32,000 nt of DNA. Source: Methanothermus fervidus DSM 2088. GTDB taxonomy: Archaea; Methanobacteriota; Methanobacteria; DSM-2088; Methanothermaceae. The stretch is taken from contig CP002278.1 in assembly GCA_000166095.1 (NCBI GenBank), positions 840,001-872,000 of the forward strand. The letters run 5' to 3'. Position 1 is the stretch's first letter; each line of letters begins with the position of its first letter. Both the position numbers and the translations under genes were made by a program. Under the pieces are notes generated by a model. It saw only the letters and a program-made list of their open reading frames with translations, was not told where the DNA came from and made no database searches. Below are positions 1-11,050 of this stretch, one piece after another.

Positions 1-1
1 A

Positions 2-94
2 TTAACTGTCGGAATACTACATAATCTATACGAAGAAATAGCACGAGAACAAATGATGGAATTACATCCAGCATTAAGAAGATTTTTCAAATGA
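2..94 (+). CDS. secY: Protein translocase subunit SecY, C-terminal end (partial)
   Basis: Frame 2 reads [30 protein letters not shown], the typical archaeal SecY tail; located directly upstream of adkA as in conserved archaeal r-protein clusters. Confidence 0.85.
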   Translation, partial: LTVGILHNLYEEIAREQMMELHPALRRFFK

Positions 95-104
95 GGAAGA
101 TAAC

Positions 105-674
105 ATGAAAACTGTGGTAATAACTGGAGTACCAGGTTCTGGAACTACAACCGTATTAAAAAACGCATTAAAAAATCTGAATTACGTAAATGTTAATTAT
201 GGTGACGTAATGTTAGAAATTGCAAAGGAAAAGAAACTAGTCGAAGATAGAGATCAAATAAGAAAATTACCATCGGATATACAAAGAGAAATCCAAAAAG
301 AGGCTGCAAGAAAAATTAGAAAGATTGCAGAAAAAGAAAATGTTATTGTAGATACTCACTGTACAATAAAAACACCAACAGGATTTCTTCCAGGGCTTCC
401 TAAATGGGTATTAGATGAATTAAATCCACAATTATTTATATTGGTTGAGGCAGACCCAGAAGAAATATTAGTTAGACGCATAAATGATAAATCAAGATCC
501 AGAGACATGGAAAAGATAAATGAAATAAAGCTCCACCAAGAGATGAACAGAGCAGCTGCAATGGCTTATGCTGTGTTAACAGGTGCAAGTGTAAAAATAA
601 TAGAAAACCATGATGAAAAATTAGATGAAGCTGTTAATGAACTTGTTAATATATTAGAAGGTGTGAAACAATGA
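105..674 (+). CDS. adkA: Archaeal-type adenylate kinase
   Basis: P-loop GVPGSGTTT, archaeal AdkA-like length (189 aa), follows secY. Confidence 0.93.
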   Translation: MKTVVITGVPGSGTTTVLKNALKNLNYVNVNYGDVMLEIAKEKKLVEDRDQIRKLPSDIQREIQKEAARKIRKIAEKENVIVDTHCTIKTPTGFLPGLPKWVLDELNPQLFILVEADPEEILVRRINDKSRSRDMEKINEIKLHQEMNRAAAMAYAVLTGASVKIIENHDEKLDEAVNELVNILEGVKQ

Positions 675-1201
675 CAATTTTTTTAAATCCGGTTGCTTTA
701 GATCCTAATCCAAATAATCCACTCTTCACAATATTTTTAATATCAATTTTTGTAGCTTTTATAAGTACTTTAGCTAGTAAAATATTAATAGACCATGAAA
801 AATTAGAAAAACATAAAAAAGAAATAGAAAAGTTTCAAAAAGAATTAAAGAAAATAAGTTCATCATCCGACCCCGAAGCGATGAGAAAATTACAAGAAAA
901 ACAAATAGAATTTTTTGACAAACAAAAAGAAATAATGATAATGTCATTCAAACCATTATTAGTAACTTTCATTCCAATACTTCTTGTATTTTATTGGATG
1001 GCACGTGATCCACATATATCAAAGACTGTAGTAATACTACCAAAAGTTGCCTATTATTTATTACTTGTGCCACTTTGGCACATGTTATATCCACCACATC
1101 ATCCTTTACCACCTTACTCAATAGGATGGTTAGGTTGGTATATACTCTGTACCCTTACATTGTCACAAATATTCAGAAAACTTATGGGAGTAAAAGCATA
1201 A
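671..1201 (+). CDS. DUF106 / EMC3-TMCO1-like (archaeal YidC-like) membrane protein
   Basis: N-terminal TM, charged coiled-coil (EKFQKELKKISSSSDPEAMRKLQEKQ), further TMs, and synteny between adkA and L34e. Confidence 0.85.
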   Translation: MTIFLNPVALDPNPNNPLFTIFLISIFVAFISTLASKILIDHEKLEKHKKEIEKFQKELKKISSSSDPEAMRKLQEKQIEFFDKQKEIMIMSFKPLLVTFIPILLVFYWMARDPHISKTVVILPKVAYYLLLVPLWHMLYPPHHPLPPYSIGWLGWYILCTLTLSQIFRKLMGVKA

Positions 1202-1216
1202 TAAGAGGTGTTATGT

Positions 1217-1486
1217 ATGCCACAACCAAGATATAGATCCAGATCATACCGAAAAGTTTTCAAAAGGACACCTGGTGGAAGAACTGTAGTACATTATGAA
1301 AAAAGGAAACCAAACCCTGCCAGATGTGCTGGCTGTGGGAAAGTACTTCATGGAGTACCTAGAGAGAGACCATATAGAATTAGAAAATTATCAAAAACAA
1401 AAAGACGGCCAAATAGACCATATGGTGGTTATTATTGCTCAGAATGCATGAGGAAAGTCTTTAAAAAAGAGGCTAGATCAATATGA
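1217..1486 (+). CDS. rpl34e: Ribosomal protein L34e
   Basis: [32 protein letters not shown]...CAGCGKVL...[15 protein letters not shown] at 1217 is preceded by GAGGTG; the track start (GTG 1208) is probably too early. Confidence 0.95.
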   Translation: MPQPRYRSRSYRKVFKRTPGGRTVVHYEKRKPNPARCAGCGKVLHGVPRERPYRIRKLSKTKRRPNRPYGGYYCSECMRKVFKKEARSI

Positions 1487-2013
1487 TAATAACCATCAGT
1501 GGTTTGGCTGGCAGTGGTACAACCACACTATCTAAAATTTTATCAAAAAAATTAAATTATAAGCATATATCTGCTGGTGATATTTTTAGGAAAATGGCAG
1601 AAGAAAGAAATATGAGTTTATTAGAATTTAGTAAATTTGCAGAAGAAAATGAAGAAATTGACATAAAAATAGATGAAAAACAAGCAGAATTGGCAAAAAA
1701 TTCTGACAATTTAATAATTGAAGGTAGATTATCTGGTCATTTTGTAGATGCAGATTTAAAGGTATGGTTAACAGCGCCATTTGATGTGAGAGCAAAAAGA
1801 ATTAGTAAGAGAGAATCTAAACCGTTAGAAGTTGTTAAAAAAGAAATAAAAAGAAGAGAAAAAAGTGAAGCACTTAGATATAAAAAAATACATGGAATAG
1901 ATATAAACAATCTTGATATTTATGACCTTATAATAAATTCTAGTACTTTTAGTGCAGAAGAAATAGCCGAAATCATAATAAAAGCATTAGAGGTGATTCA
2001 ATGGCGGCAATAG
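1483..2013 (+). CDS. cmk: Cytidylate kinase, archaeal type
   Basis: [41 protein letters not shown]; P-loop plus CMP kinase synteny. Confidence 0.93.
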   Translation: MIITISGLAGSGTTTLSKILSKKLNYKHISAGDIFRKMAEERNMSLLEFSKFAEENEEIDIKIDEKQAELAKNSDNLIIEGRLSGHFVDADLKVWLTAPFDVRAKRISKRESKPLEVVKKEIKRREKSEALRYKKIHGIDINNLDIYDLIINSSTFSAEEIAEIIIKALEVIQWRQ

Positions 2014-2243
2014 ACATTGGAAGAGTATGTATAAAAACTGCTGGAAGAGAAGCAGGGAACGTTTGTGTAATTTTAGATATAGTTGATAAAAATTTTGTTG
2101 AAGTTGTTGGACCTAACGTTAAACACAGGAGATGTAATATAAAACATTTAGAACCAACTAACAAAAAAATTGATATAGACACTGATGATATAGAAGAAAT
2201 AAAGAAAAAACTTGAAGAATTTGAAGAAAAAATAAGAAGTTGA
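2001..2243 (+). CDS. rpl14e: Ribosomal protein L14e
   Basis: [50 protein letters not shown]; short KOW-like protein, overlaps the cmk 3' end. Confidence 0.93.
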   Translation: MAAIDIGRVCIKTAGREAGNVCVILDIVDKNFVEVVGPNVKHRRCNIKHLEPTNKKIDIDTDDIEEIKKKLEEFEEKIRS

Positions 2244-2292
2244 AGATGAAGCAACAATTGGCTGTTTTTAATTCTTTTTTTGTAGGGATATA

Positions 2293-3282
2293 ATGTGTAG
2301 CTTCTTAGTAAAATCTGAGGCCAATACAAATCCCAAGTATGGATGTTCTCCAGAAGATAGACCTATAGAGGAGTATATAGCTAAAGGAGTTGTAAATTTA
2401 GATAAACCTGCTGGACCTACTTCTCATGAAGTTGCAGCCTGGGTTAGAAAAATATTAGGCGTTAAAAAAGTTGGACATGGTGGAACTTTAGATCCTAAAG
2501 TAACTGGAGTATTACCCATAGGTATAGAGAAAGCTACAAGGATAATGCCTCTTCTCCTAAAAGCAAAAAAAGAATATGTTTGCTTAATGAGACTACATAA
2601 AAAAGTAGATGAAGAAGAAATTCGTAAAATATTGGAAGAGTTTCAAGGTAAAATTTTTCAAACGCCTCCCTTACGTTCAGCCGTAAAAAGAGAATTAAGA
2701 GTTAGAAGAATATATTATGTGAAATTGTTGGAAATAGAAGGTAAAGATGTTTTATTTAGAATAGGTTGTGAAGCAGGCACTTATATCAGAAAATATTGTT
2801 ACGATGTTGGGGAAGCTCTAGGTGTAGGAGCACATATGGCAGAACTCCGACGTACAATGGTTGGTCCATTCAAGGAGGATGACACATTAGTCACCCTTCA
2901 TGATTTGACTGATGCATATCACTACTATATTGAAGATGGTGATGAATCTTTACTTAGAAAAGTCATATTACCTATGGAGAAAGCTGTTGAACATCTTCCT
3001 GAAATTGTGATACGTGATACTGCTGTTGATGCTATATGTCATGGTTCATATCTTGCAGCTCCTGGTGTTGTTGGATTAAGTGATAATATTAAGAGGGGAG
3101 ATATTGTAGCTATCAAGACTTTAAAGGGAGAATTAGTTGCTGTAGGGACAGCCACCATGTCCTCACAAGAAATACTTCTTTCCAGTAAGGGCATTGTTGT
3201 AAATATTAATAAAGTTTTTATGGAGAGAGGTATATATCCACAAGTATGGAAGACCGAAAAATATAAAAATAATATATCATAA
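2293..3282 (+). CDS. cbf5: tRNA/rRNA pseudouridine synthase Cbf5/TruB family
   Basis: NLDKPAGPTSHEVAAWVRKILGVKKVGHGGTLDPKVTGVLPIGIEKATRI plus C-terminal PUA domain (GDIVAIKTLKGELVAVG). Confidence 0.95.
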   Translation: MCSFLVKSEANTNPKYGCSPEDRPIEEYIAKGVVNLDKPAGPTSHEVAAWVRKILGVKKVGHGGTLDPKVTGVLPIGIEKATRIMPLLLKAKKEYVCLMRLHKKVDEEEIRKILEEFQGKIFQTPPLRSAVKRELRVRRIYYVKLLEIEGKDVLFRIGCEAGTYIRKYCYDVGEALGVGAHMAELRRTMVGPFKEDDTLVTLHDLTDAYHYYIEDGDESLLRKVILPMEKAVEHLPEIVIRDTAVDAICHGSYLAAPGVVGLSDNIKRGDIVAIKTLKGELVAVGTATMSSQEILLSSKGIVVNINKVFMERGIYPQVWKTEKYKNNIS

Positions 3283-3304
3283 TAAATAAAAATTTGCAGA
3301 AAGC

Positions 3305-3391
3305 CGGGGTAGCCTAGCCTGGTAAGGCGCGAGCCTGGAGAGCTCGTGGGGCATTACGCCCCTCCTGGGTTCAAATCCCAGCCCCGGCGTA
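3305..3391 (+). tRNA. tRNA-Ser(GGA)
   Basis: Acceptor GCCGGGG/CCCCGGC, D stem GCCT/AGGC, anticodon stem CGAGC/GCTCG with loop CTGGAGA (anticodon GGA), long class II variable arm GGGGC-ATTAC-GCCCC, T arm CTGGG-TTCAAAT-CCCAG, discriminator G. No encoded CCA. Confidence 0.96.
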
Positions 3392-3453
3392 TTTAATACA
3401 TGATTTCTATTAATCTTTTTTGATAAAAGATCATTCTTACTGGAGGTCATAGT

Positions 3454-3900
3454 ATGGAAAAAGAATTTAAACATATTGTTCGTTTAGCAAGAAGAGATTT
3501 AGATGGAAATAAAAATGTAGAGGAAGCAATAACAGGCATAAAAGGTATTGGAAAAGCTTTAGGTAAAGCTATAGCTAGAGTCACAGGATTTGAAGGTAAA
3601 AAAATAGGTTATTTATCTGATGAGGAATTAGAAAAATTAGAAGATGCCATAGAAAATCCTGGTAATTATGGTATACCTTCGTGGATGTTTAACAGAAAAA
3701 AAGATTATAGAACTGGTGAAAACAAGCATCTTATTGAAGCAGATTTAGAGATGACTATTAGGGAAGACATAAATAGACTTAAGAGAATTAGATCCTACAG
3801 AGGTATAAGACATGAATTAGGCTTACCTGTAAGAGGTCAAAGGACAAAATCAACATTTAGAAAAGGACAAACAGTTGGTGTGAAAAGAAGACGAAGGTAA
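3454..3900 (+). CDS. rpsM: Ribosomal protein S13 (uS13)
   Basis: [21 protein letters not shown]...[31 protein letters not shown]. Confidence 0.97.
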   Translation: MEKEFKHIVRLARRDLDGNKNVEEAITGIKGIGKALGKAIARVTGFEGKKIGYLSDEELEKLEDAIENPGNYGIPSWMFNRKKDYRTGENKHLIEADLEMTIREDINRLKRIRSYRGIRHELGLPVRGQRTKSTFRKGQTVGVKRRRR

Positions 3901-3909
3901 GGGATATTT

Positions 3910-4431
3910 ATGGGACATCCAAAAAAACCTAGGAAAAAATATGATACACCCCCACATCCATGGGATGCTCAAAGAATAAAAGAGGAAAAAAAATTAGTTA
4001 AAAAATATGGATTAAAAAACAAAAAGGAGATTTGGAAAGCAGAAACTATGGTAAGAAGGTATCGTAGAGAAGCAAGAAAACTTTTTGGAATGCCAGAAGA
4101 ACATGCAAAAGTAGAATCAAAGCAATTAATGAAACATTTGTGGAAGCTAGGACTATTAGATAAAGATGCTGAGTTGAGGGACATCTTAGATCTTACTGTT
4201 GAAGATGTACTTAGACGTAGACTTCAAACTATGGTTTATGAAAAAGGACTTGCAAGAACAATAAAGCAGGCAAGGCAAATGATTGTTCATGGACACATAG
4301 CAATTGATGGCACAAGGGTGAGATCTCCTGGACACATTGTAAAAAGAGAAGAAGAGGATAAAATTGATTTTTATCCACACTCACCAATGAAAGAGATTAT
4401 AAAAAGTGAAAAGGAAAAAGCAGAAGGATAA
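3910..4431 (+). CDS. rpsD: Ribosomal protein S4 (uS4)
   Basis: [23 protein letters not shown]...S4 domain [43 protein letters not shown]. Confidence 0.97.
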   Translation: MGHPKKPRKKYDTPPHPWDAQRIKEEKKLVKKYGLKNKKEIWKAETMVRRYRREARKLFGMPEEHAKVESKQLMKHLWKLGLLDKDAELRDILDLTVEDVLRRRLQTMVYEKGLARTIKQARQMIVHGHIAIDGTRVRSPGHIVKREEEDKIDFYPHSPMKEIIKSEKEKAEG

Positions 4432-4444
4432 AAGGTGAAAAATC

Positions 4445-4849
4445 ATGGCAGAAAAAAAGAAAAAACGAGAGAAATGGGGAATTGCTCATATCTATTCATC
4501 CTTTAACAACACAATCATAACAATTACTGATATTACAGGAGCTGAAACTATAACTCAATGGTCTGGTGGAAGAGTTGTAAGAGCAGATAGGCAAGAAGGA
4601 ACACCATTTGCAGCAATGGAAGCTGCAACTAGAGCTGCCGAAGATGCAAAAGAAAAGGGCATTGTAGGTGTACATATCAAAGTACGTGCACCAGGAGGAA
4701 ATGGTCCTAGAACACCAGGTCCTGGTGCTCAGGCAAGTATAAGGGCTTTAGCAAGGGCAGGACTAAAAATAGGTAGAATAGAAGATGTAACACCAATACC
4801 TCATGATGGTACTACTAGACCTGGAGGCAGGAAAGGGAGAAGGGTTTAA
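4445..4849 (+). CDS. rpsK: Ribosomal protein S11 (uS11)
   Basis: [32 protein letters not shown]...[21 protein letters not shown]. Confidence 0.97.
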   Translation: MAEKKKKREKWGIAHIYSSFNNTIITITDITGAETITQWSGGRVVRADRQEGTPFAAMEAATRAAEDAKEKGIVGVHIKVRAPGGNGPRTPGPGAQASIRALARAGLKIGRIEDVTPIPHDGTTRPGGRKGRRV

Positions 4850-5644
4850 ATGGATGTTGTTGTAAATAAAGAAAACAATACTGAAATTAAATTTACAATA
4901 GATGGCGTAGATACTTCTTTCGTCAATGCTTTAAGACGAGCTTCAATGACTGAAGTTCCTAAATTAGCTATAGAATATATAAGAATTGTCACTAATACAT
5001 CAAGAATGTATGATGAAATGCTAGCACATAGGTTGGGATTAATACCGCTACGTTCTAATGAAAAAATTGTTGGTAATCTTTTAATGCCTGAGGAATGTGA
5101 TTGTGACAAATATTGTGCAAAATGTAGTGTTTCTTTCACTTTAAAAAAACAAGGGCCTTGTGTTGTTTATAGCGGTGATCTTGTACCATCTGATCCAGAA
5201 ATAAAACCAGTGTATGAAAATATACCTATTATAAAACTTGAAGAAGATGAAAAAATAGAATTAGAAGCAATTGCTCAACTTGGTTTGGGTAAAAAGCATG
5301 CAAAATGGAGACCTACAACTGCGTGCGGATATAAATATTATCCAAAAATTATAATTAAAGATACATGTGACAATTGCCAAGCTTGTATTGAAGAATGTCC
5401 CAAAGATGTACTAAAAGCTAATAAAGATACAATAAAAATTGAAAATATCGAAGCATGTTCATTGTGCAGAGCTTGTGAAAGGATATGCGAAAATGAATCT
5501 ATCTCTGTTCAATACATCGATAATAAATTCATATTTAAGATGGAAACTGATGGTTCAATGCCGCCAAGAGAAATTTTAAATAAAGCATGTGATTCTATTA
5601 TAAAAAAGGCAGATGAAATTATCAAGTTCTGCGAGGGTGAATAA
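4850..5644 (+). CDS. rpoD: DNA-directed RNA polymerase subunit D with two ferredoxin-like 4-Cys motifs
   Basis: [30 protein letters not shown]; [12 protein letters not shown] and [12 protein letters not shown] motifs. Confidence 0.96.
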   Translation: MDVVVNKENNTEIKFTIDGVDTSFVNALRRASMTEVPKLAIEYIRIVTNTSRMYDEMLAHRLGLIPLRSNEKIVGNLLMPEECDCDKYCAKCSVSFTLKKQGPCVVYSGDLVPSDPEIKPVYENIPIIKLEEDEKIELEAIAQLGLGKKHAKWRPTTACGYKYYPKIIIKDTCDNCQACIEECPKDVLKANKDTIKIENIEACSLCRACERICENESISVQYIDNKFIFKMETDGSMPPREILNKACDSIIKKADEIIKFCEGE

Positions 5645-5645
5645 A

Positions 5646-6011
5646 ATGCCATTAAATATTACCAAAACTAATCCTTACCTTGTAAATCTAATCATAAAAC
5701 TTAAAAAGAAATCTAACGAAGAAAATGTAAAAATATGGAGAGATGTGGCTGAAAGACTAAATAGGCCTACAAGACGTCGTGCAGAAGTAAATATATCTAA
5801 AATAAATAGATATTCTAAAGAAAATGAAACGGTACTAGTACCTGGAAAAGTTCTTGGCAGTGGTAAACTTGATCATAAAGTTACAGTAGCTGCATTGGCT
5901 TTTTCAAAAAACGCTAAAAATAAAATAAAGAAAGCTGGTGGTAGGTGCATAAGCATAGATACTCTACTTGAAGAAAATCCAAAAGGTAGTAATGTAAGAA
6001 TAATGGAGTGA
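5646..6011 (+). CDS. rpl18e: Ribosomal protein L18e
   Basis: [55 protein letters not shown]; ATG 5646 is preferred over the track start at 5613. Confidence 0.93.
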   Translation: MPLNITKTNPYLVNLIIKLKKKSNEENVKIWRDVAERLNRPTRRRAEVNISKINRYSKENETVLVPGKVLGSGKLDHKVTVAALAFSKNAKNKIKKAGGRCISIDTLLEENPKGSNVRIME

Positions 6012-6016
6012 TAATA

Positions 6017-6442
6017 ATGATTTACATTGATGGCGAGGGTCATATATTAGGGAGGCTTGCAAGCATTGTTAGTAAAAAATTATTAGAAGGAGAAAAGGTT
6101 ACAGTATTTAATACTGAAAAAATAATTATCACCGGTTCAAGAGATTGGATATTAGAAAGATATCAACAAAGAGTTAGAAGATCAAGTCTTACAAATCCTC
6201 GAAGAATGGGACCAAAATATCCACGAAGACCTGACGACATATTTAGAAGAACTGTGCGTGGCATGTTACCTTACAAAAAACCAAAAGGAAGGAAAGCATT
6301 CAAAAATTTAAGAGCTTACGTAGGAATACCCAGAGAATTTAAAGACGTTGAAACAATTAAAATAAAAGAAGCTATGAGAGAAAGAATTAAAAAAGGTATA
6401 ACACTTGGTGAAGTTTCTAGACATTTAGGAGCTAGATTTTGA
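6017..6442 (+). CDS. rplM: Ribosomal protein L13 (uL13)
   Basis: [37 protein letters not shown]...[16 protein letters not shown]; ATG 6017 is preceded by GGAGTG. Confidence 0.95.
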   Translation: MIYIDGEGHILGRLASIVSKKLLEGEKVTVFNTEKIIITGSRDWILERYQQRVRRSSLTNPRRMGPKYPRRPDDIFRRTVRGMLPYKKPKGRKAFKNLRAYVGIPREFKDVETIKIKEAMRERIKKGITLGEVSRHLGARF

Positions 6443-6451
6443 GGTGTTCAG

Positions 6452-6856
6452 ATGGATAGGATTGTACAAGTAAGTGGTAAAAGAAAAACCGCGATAGCCA
6501 GAGGTACAATAAGAAAAGGTAAAGGAAGAGTCAGAATAAATAAAAGACCTGTAGAATTATATACACCTGAGTTAGCACGTTTAAAAATAATGGAACCATT
6601 AGTTCTTGCTGGTGAAGACGTTGTTAAGAATATTGACATCGACATCAAAGTACAAGGCGGCGGAGTGATGGGACAAGCAGAAGCTGCTAGGATGGCAATA
6701 GCTAGAGGGTTAGTTGAATGGACAAATGATGTTGAATTAAAAGAGAAATTTATGCAGTATGATAGAACTATGCTTGTTGGAGATCCAAGACGCTCAGAAC
6801 CTAAGAAATATGGTGGTAGAGGAGCTAGAGCTCGTAGACAGAAGAGTTATAGATAA
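6452..6856 (+). CDS. rpsI: Ribosomal protein S9 (uS9)
   Basis: [33 protein letters not shown]...[25 protein letters not shown]. Confidence 0.97.
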   Translation: MDRIVQVSGKRKTAIARGTIRKGKGRVRINKRPVELYTPELARLKIMEPLVLAGEDVVKNIDIDIKVQGGGVMGQAEAARMAIARGLVEWTNDVELKEKFMQYDRTMLVGDPRRSEPKKYGGRGARARRQKSYR

Positions 6857-6873
6857 ATTTTTAGGATGGTAAA

Positions 6874-7044
6874 ATGATAATACCTGTAAGATGTTTCACA
6901 TGTGGAAATCCAATATCAAAATATTATGATGAATTCCAAAAAAGGGTTAAAAAAGGAGAAAAAATAGAAAAAATTTTAAATGATTTAAATATCAAAAGAT
7001 ATTGTTGTAGAAGGATGCTAATTTCACATATTGATATACTGTGA
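6874..7044 (+). CDS. rpoN: DNA-directed RNA polymerase subunit N (absent from ORF track, 56 aa)
   Basis: My translation: [56 protein letters not shown]; diagnostic N-terminal CFTCG and CCRRM zinc ligands. Confidence 0.96.
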   Translation: MIIPVRCFTCGNPISKYYDEFQKRVKKGEKIEKILNDLNIKRYCCRRMLISHIDIL

Positions 7045-7045
7045 T

Positions 7046-7135
<90 letters not shown>

Positions 7136-7185
7136 TCACATTTTCTCCCAAAAAACTACTATTTTTTTATTTAGGAGGAAAAATA

Positions 7186-7362
7186 ATGTCAAAGAAACTT
7201 ACACGTTTTGAGAAAGATAGATTACTTGGATCTAGAGCATTACAATTAGCCATGGGTGCAAAACCCTTAGTAAAAACAGATAAAATTAATCCTGTAGATA
7301 TTGCAATTCTAGAACTTAAAAAAGATGTGATACCATTAAAAGTTGTAAGAAACAGTGATTGA
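7186..7362 (+). CDS. rpoK: DNA-directed RNA polymerase subunit K (absent from ORF track, 58 aa)
   Basis: My translation: [58 protein letters not shown]; omega/RPB6 signature [20 protein letters not shown]; AGGAGG SD upstream. Confidence 0.96.
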   Translation: MSKKLTRFEKDRLLGSRALQLAMGAKPLVKTDKINPVDIAILELKKDVIPLKVVRNSD

Positions 7363-7370
7363 GGTGAATC

Positions 7371-8624
7371 TTGTTGAATAGCATTATTGAAGATATTAGA
7401 GTTAGAAAAATAATAGACAGTAGGGGCAATCCAACAATTGAAGTTGATGTACTAACTGTAAGTGGTTTTGGACGTGCTGCCGCACCTAGTGGTGCCAGTA
7501 CTGGTGTCAAAGAAGTTAAGGCGTTTCCTGAGGGAGATATCGATAAAATAATAAGTGATATTGAGGACATACTATCATCAGAATTAATAGGTATGGATGC
7601 TGAAGATTCTAGAGAAATAGACGCTGTTTTAAAGGAAATAGATGGCACAAAAGATTTATCATCATTGGGTGGTAACACTATAGTAGCTGTTTCAATGGCT
7701 ACTGCTAAAGCAGCTGCATCTTCTTATGGATTACCTCTGTACAAATTCTTAGGTGGTAATTTTTCATTTAGATTGCCTTATCCGTTAGGCAACATGATAA
7801 ATGGAGGAGTGCATGCAGGTAAAAGAACACCAGATATTCAGGAATTTTTGGCATTGCCTAAAGGAGCATCTACATTTAAAGAAGCTGTACTCACAAATTC
7901 AAAGGTTCACAAAAGAATTCGAGAATTAATAGATAAGAAAGATAAAACATTCACTGGTGGAAAAGGTGATGAAGGCGGATGGACACCAAATATAACAAGT
8001 ATGGATGCATTGGAAATATTATCAGAAGCTTGTGAAAATGTTAGTGATGAAACTGGTGTAGAAGTTTCATGTGGATTAGATTTTGCAGCAAGTGAGTTAT
8101 GGGATCACGAGAGAAAAAAATACATTTATGAAAGAGATGTTTTAGAGAATGATCCTGGAGAACAAATAGACTTTGTTATAGATGTTATAAAATCATTTAA
8201 TCTTTATTATGTTGAAGATCCATTCCATGAAAATGATTTTGAAAGTTTTGCAGAGTTAACAAAAAAAGTTGGCGACAAGTGTATAATTTGTGGCGATGAT
8301 TTGTTTGTAACGAATAAAAAATATCTAGCAAAAGGTATAAAATATGGAGCTGCAAATGCAATAATTATAAAACCCAACCAAGTTGGAACATTAACAGATA
8401 CTTATGATACTTTAACACTTGCAAAAGAAAATCAATATATACCTGTAATGTCTCATAGATCTGGAGAAACTACTGATGAAACAATTGCTCATTTGGCTGT
8501 TGCATTTTCTTGTCCAATCATTAAAACAGGTGCTATTGGTGGAGAAAGAATAGCCAAACTCAATGAACTTATAAGAATAGAAGAAGAAATTATTGATTCT
8601 TCAATGGCAGAATTAGAGAGGTGA
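7371..8624 (+). CDS. eno: Phosphopyruvate hydratase (enolase)
   Basis: [23 protein letters not shown]...[50 protein letters not shown] start at 7371 or 7374. Confidence 0.97.
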   Translation: MLNSIIEDIRVRKIIDSRGNPTIEVDVLTVSGFGRAAAPSGASTGVKEVKAFPEGDIDKIISDIEDILSSELIGMDAEDSREIDAVLKEIDGTKDLSSLGGNTIVAVSMATAKAAASSYGLPLYKFLGGNFSFRLPYPLGNMINGGVHAGKRTPDIQEFLALPKGASTFKEAVLTNSKVHKRIRELIDKKDKTFTGGKGDEGGWTPNITSMDALEILSEACENVSDETGVEVSCGLDFAASELWDHERKKYIYERDVLENDPGEQIDFVIDVIKSFNLYYVEDPFHENDFESFAELTKKVGDKCIICGDDLFVTNKKYLAKGIKYGAANAIIIKPNQVGTLTDTYDTLTLAKENQYIPVMSHRSGETTDETIAHLAVAFSCPIIKTGAIGGERIAKLNELIRIEEEIIDSSMAELER

Positions 8625-8628
8625 TAAT

Positions 8629-9225
8629 TTGTCAGAACTACTAATACCGTTGGACAATTATCTAGCAGCTGGTATACATATTGGAACTCAGCAGAAAACT
8701 GCAGATATGGAAAGATACATTTATAGAGTTAGATCTGATGGATTATACATCCTAGATGTTAGAAAAACAGATGAAAGAATAAGAATTGCTGCAAAATTTC
8801 TTGCAAAATATGAACCACATGATATATTAGCTGTTTCAGTAAGACAATATGGACAACCGGCTGTTAAAAAATTTGGAGAGATAACTGGAGCAAAAGCAAT
8901 ACCTGGAAGATTTATACCAGGAACATTGACGAATCCAAACCTTGATTCATTTGTAGAACCAGAGGTATTAGTTGTAACCGATCCACGTGCTGATTCTCAA
9001 GCATTGACAGAATCAAAAGAAATTGGTATACCTACAGTTGCATTTTGTGATAGTGAAAACTTATTAGGTAATGTAGATATTGCAATACCAGCAAATAATA
9101 AAGGTAGAAAATCTCTTGCTACTTTATATTGGTTATTAACCCGTGAACTTTTAAAGGAGAGAGGGGTTATTGAAAAGTATGAAGAATTTGACGTGCCTCC
9201 AACTGAATTCGAATTTAAACTTTAA
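8629..9225 (+). CDS. rpsB: Ribosomal protein S2 (uS2)
   Basis: [41 protein letters not shown]...[32 protein letters not shown] start. Confidence 0.96.
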   Translation: MSELLIPLDNYLAAGIHIGTQQKTADMERYIYRVRSDGLYILDVRKTDERIRIAAKFLAKYEPHDILAVSVRQYGQPAVKKFGEITGAKAIPGRFIPGTLTNPNLDSFVEPEVLVVTDPRADSQALTESKEIGIPTVAFCDSENLLGNVDIAIPANNKGRKSLATLYWLLTRELLKERGVIEKYEEFDVPPTEFEFKL

Positions 9226-9237
9226 AGAAGTGATTAT

Positions 9238-10080
9238 ATGAAAAGAAAACCTGCTGTAGCAGGAACATTTTATGAATCAGATCCAAAAGCTCTCAAAAAT
9301 AGAATAGAATGGTGTTTTAAACATGAATTAGGTCCTGGAGATTTTCCTAAAGTCGGTGGAGATAGAAACATAGTTGGGGTCATTGCCCCCCATGCAGGTT
9401 ATATTTATTCAGGACCTATTGCAGCCCATGCATATTACAGAATAGTTGAAGATGGATTCCCAGAAACATTCATAATTTTATGTCCAAACCATACAGGTAT
9501 GGGATCTTCTGTTTCATTGATGGCGGAAGGTGAGTGGGAAACCCCACTAGGTTCTGTTAAAATTGATGAAGAATTTTCTAGCGAATTGTTTAAGAAATCA
9601 GAAATAATAGACATCGATGACACAGCACATTCACAAGAACATAGTTGTGAAGTACATATCCCTTTCCTTCAATATTTTAAAAAAGACTTCAAAATAGTTC
9701 CAATTTGTATGTGGTTACAAGACTTAGAGACTACAAAAGAGGTTGCACAAGCAATTGTTGATACAATTAAAAGCTTAAATAAGGACATTGTTTTAATTGC
9801 TAGTACAGATTTTACACATTATGAACCCCAGGAAATAGCAGAAAGCACTGACAAAAAAATTATAGATGCTATATTAAAATTGGATGAAAAAGTTATGTAC
9901 AAAAGAATAAATGATCTTAACGCTACTATGTGTGGTTATGGACCAGTATCAGTTGTTTTAATATCATCAAAAAAGCTTGGAGCAAATAAAGCAAGGCTTT
10001 TAAAATATGGAACTAGTGGAGATGTTACAGGAGATCGCTCTTCAGTGGTTGGATATGCATCCATAACAATAGAAAAATAG
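9238..10080 (+). CDS. MEMO family protein (AmmeMemoRadiSam system protein B family)
   Basis: MKRKPAVAGTFYESDP...GVIAPHAGYIYSGPIAAHAY...STDFTHYEP...GDVTGDRSSVVGYAS. Confidence 0.92.
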   Translation: MKRKPAVAGTFYESDPKALKNRIEWCFKHELGPGDFPKVGGDRNIVGVIAPHAGYIYSGPIAAHAYYRIVEDGFPETFIILCPNHTGMGSSVSLMAEGEWETPLGSVKIDEEFSSELFKKSEIIDIDDTAHSQEHSCEVHIPFLQYFKKDFKIVPICMWLQDLETTKEVAQAIVDTIKSLNKDIVLIASTDFTHYEPQEIAESTDKKIIDAILKLDEKVMYKRINDLNATMCGYGPVSVVLISSKKLGANKARLLKYGTSGDVTGDRSSVVGYASITIEK

Positions 10081-10091
10081 GTAAGGTAAAT

Positions 10092-11042
10092 ATGCATTCG
10101 GTTGCTTCTGCACCAAATAAAATAATTTTATTTGGAGAGCATGCTGTAGTTTACAAAAAACCTGCAATTGCAGTAGCTATAAACAAAAGAGCAAAAGTTT
10201 CTATAAAAAATACCAAAAAAGATTCAACAATAATTAAATGTAATGATATAGGTCTTCATGCAAATATAAATCCTAAAACTTATAATATTGAATTTTTAGA
10301 AGGTAAAAAAGGAATATTAAATTACATTTTAGAAGTATTAAAATCTCATCATGATAATTCCCCTATAAAAATAGACATATCTTTGGAAGTTCCTTTGGGG
10401 ATAGGATTGGGATCATCAGCTGCAATTACTGTAGCACTAATAGCTGCACTACATAATTATCATGAAAAAGTCATCGATAAATCTTCGCTGTCAAAAAAAG
10501 CTCATGAAATAGAATTAAAAGTTCAGGGTGCAGCAAGTCCTCTTGATACAGCAGTGTCAACATATGGTGGAATGATTTATCTAAAAGATTCAAATATTGA
10601 ATATATTAAACCAAATATTGAAGGATCTTTTATAGTTGCATATACACCAAAACCAGCAGATACAAAAAAGATGGTATCGCTCGTAAAGAAGAAACTGGAA
10701 AAGTATCCAAACATTGTTGGCAATATTATAGATACTATAGGCAATGTAACTAAGACTGCATATGAACTAATAAAAGAAGGAAAATTTGAAAAAATTGGAG
10801 AACTAATGAATATAAATCATGGATTGTTGGATTCTATTGGTGTCAGTTCATCTGAATTATCACAGATGGTATACAGCGCAAGAAACGCTGGTGCACTAGG
10901 TTCAAAAATAACTGGTGCTGGTGGTAGTGGAAGTATAATTGCATATTGTATAAATAACGAAGATAAAGTGTTAAATACATTAAAAAGTCAGTGGGATGCG
11001 TTTAAAACTAAATTCTCAAAAGACGGTGTAATTATACATTAG
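10092..11042 (+). CDS. mvk: Mevalonate kinase (GHMP family)
   Basis: SAPNKIILFGEHAVVYKKPAIAVAIN...PLGIGLGSSAAITVALIAAL...GALGSKITGAGGSGSIIAY. Confidence 0.94.
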   Translation: MHSVASAPNKIILFGEHAVVYKKPAIAVAINKRAKVSIKNTKKDSTIIKCNDIGLHANINPKTYNIEFLEGKKGILNYILEVLKSHHDNSPIKIDISLEVPLGIGLGSSAAITVALIAALHNYHEKVIDKSSLSKKAHEIELKVQGAASPLDTAVSTYGGMIYLKDSNIEYIKPNIEGSFIVAYTPKPADTKKMVSLVKKKLEKYPNIVGNIIDTIGNVTKTAYELIKEGKFEKIGELMNINHGLLDSIGVSSSELSQMVYSARNAGALGSKITGAGGSGSIIAYCINNEDKVLNTLKSQWDAFKTKFSKDGVIIH

Positions 11043-11050
11043 GTGTTTTC

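Noticed and set aside
1973-2329. 118-aa minus-strand ORF with hydrophobic/Ser-rich composition
   Set aside because: Antisense to L14e; Ser/Leu/Phe-rich content is the expected artefact of reading opposite a Lys/Glu-rich gene.
3277-3474. 65-aa minus-strand ORF across tRNA-Ser (TPGLGFEPRRGVMPHELSRLAPYQARLPRLS)
   Set aside because: Direct antisense translation of the tRNA gene; a common artefact, not a protein.
7316-7678. 120-aa minus-strand ORF
   Set aside because: Antisense to the enolase N-terminal coding region; no SD or domain signature.
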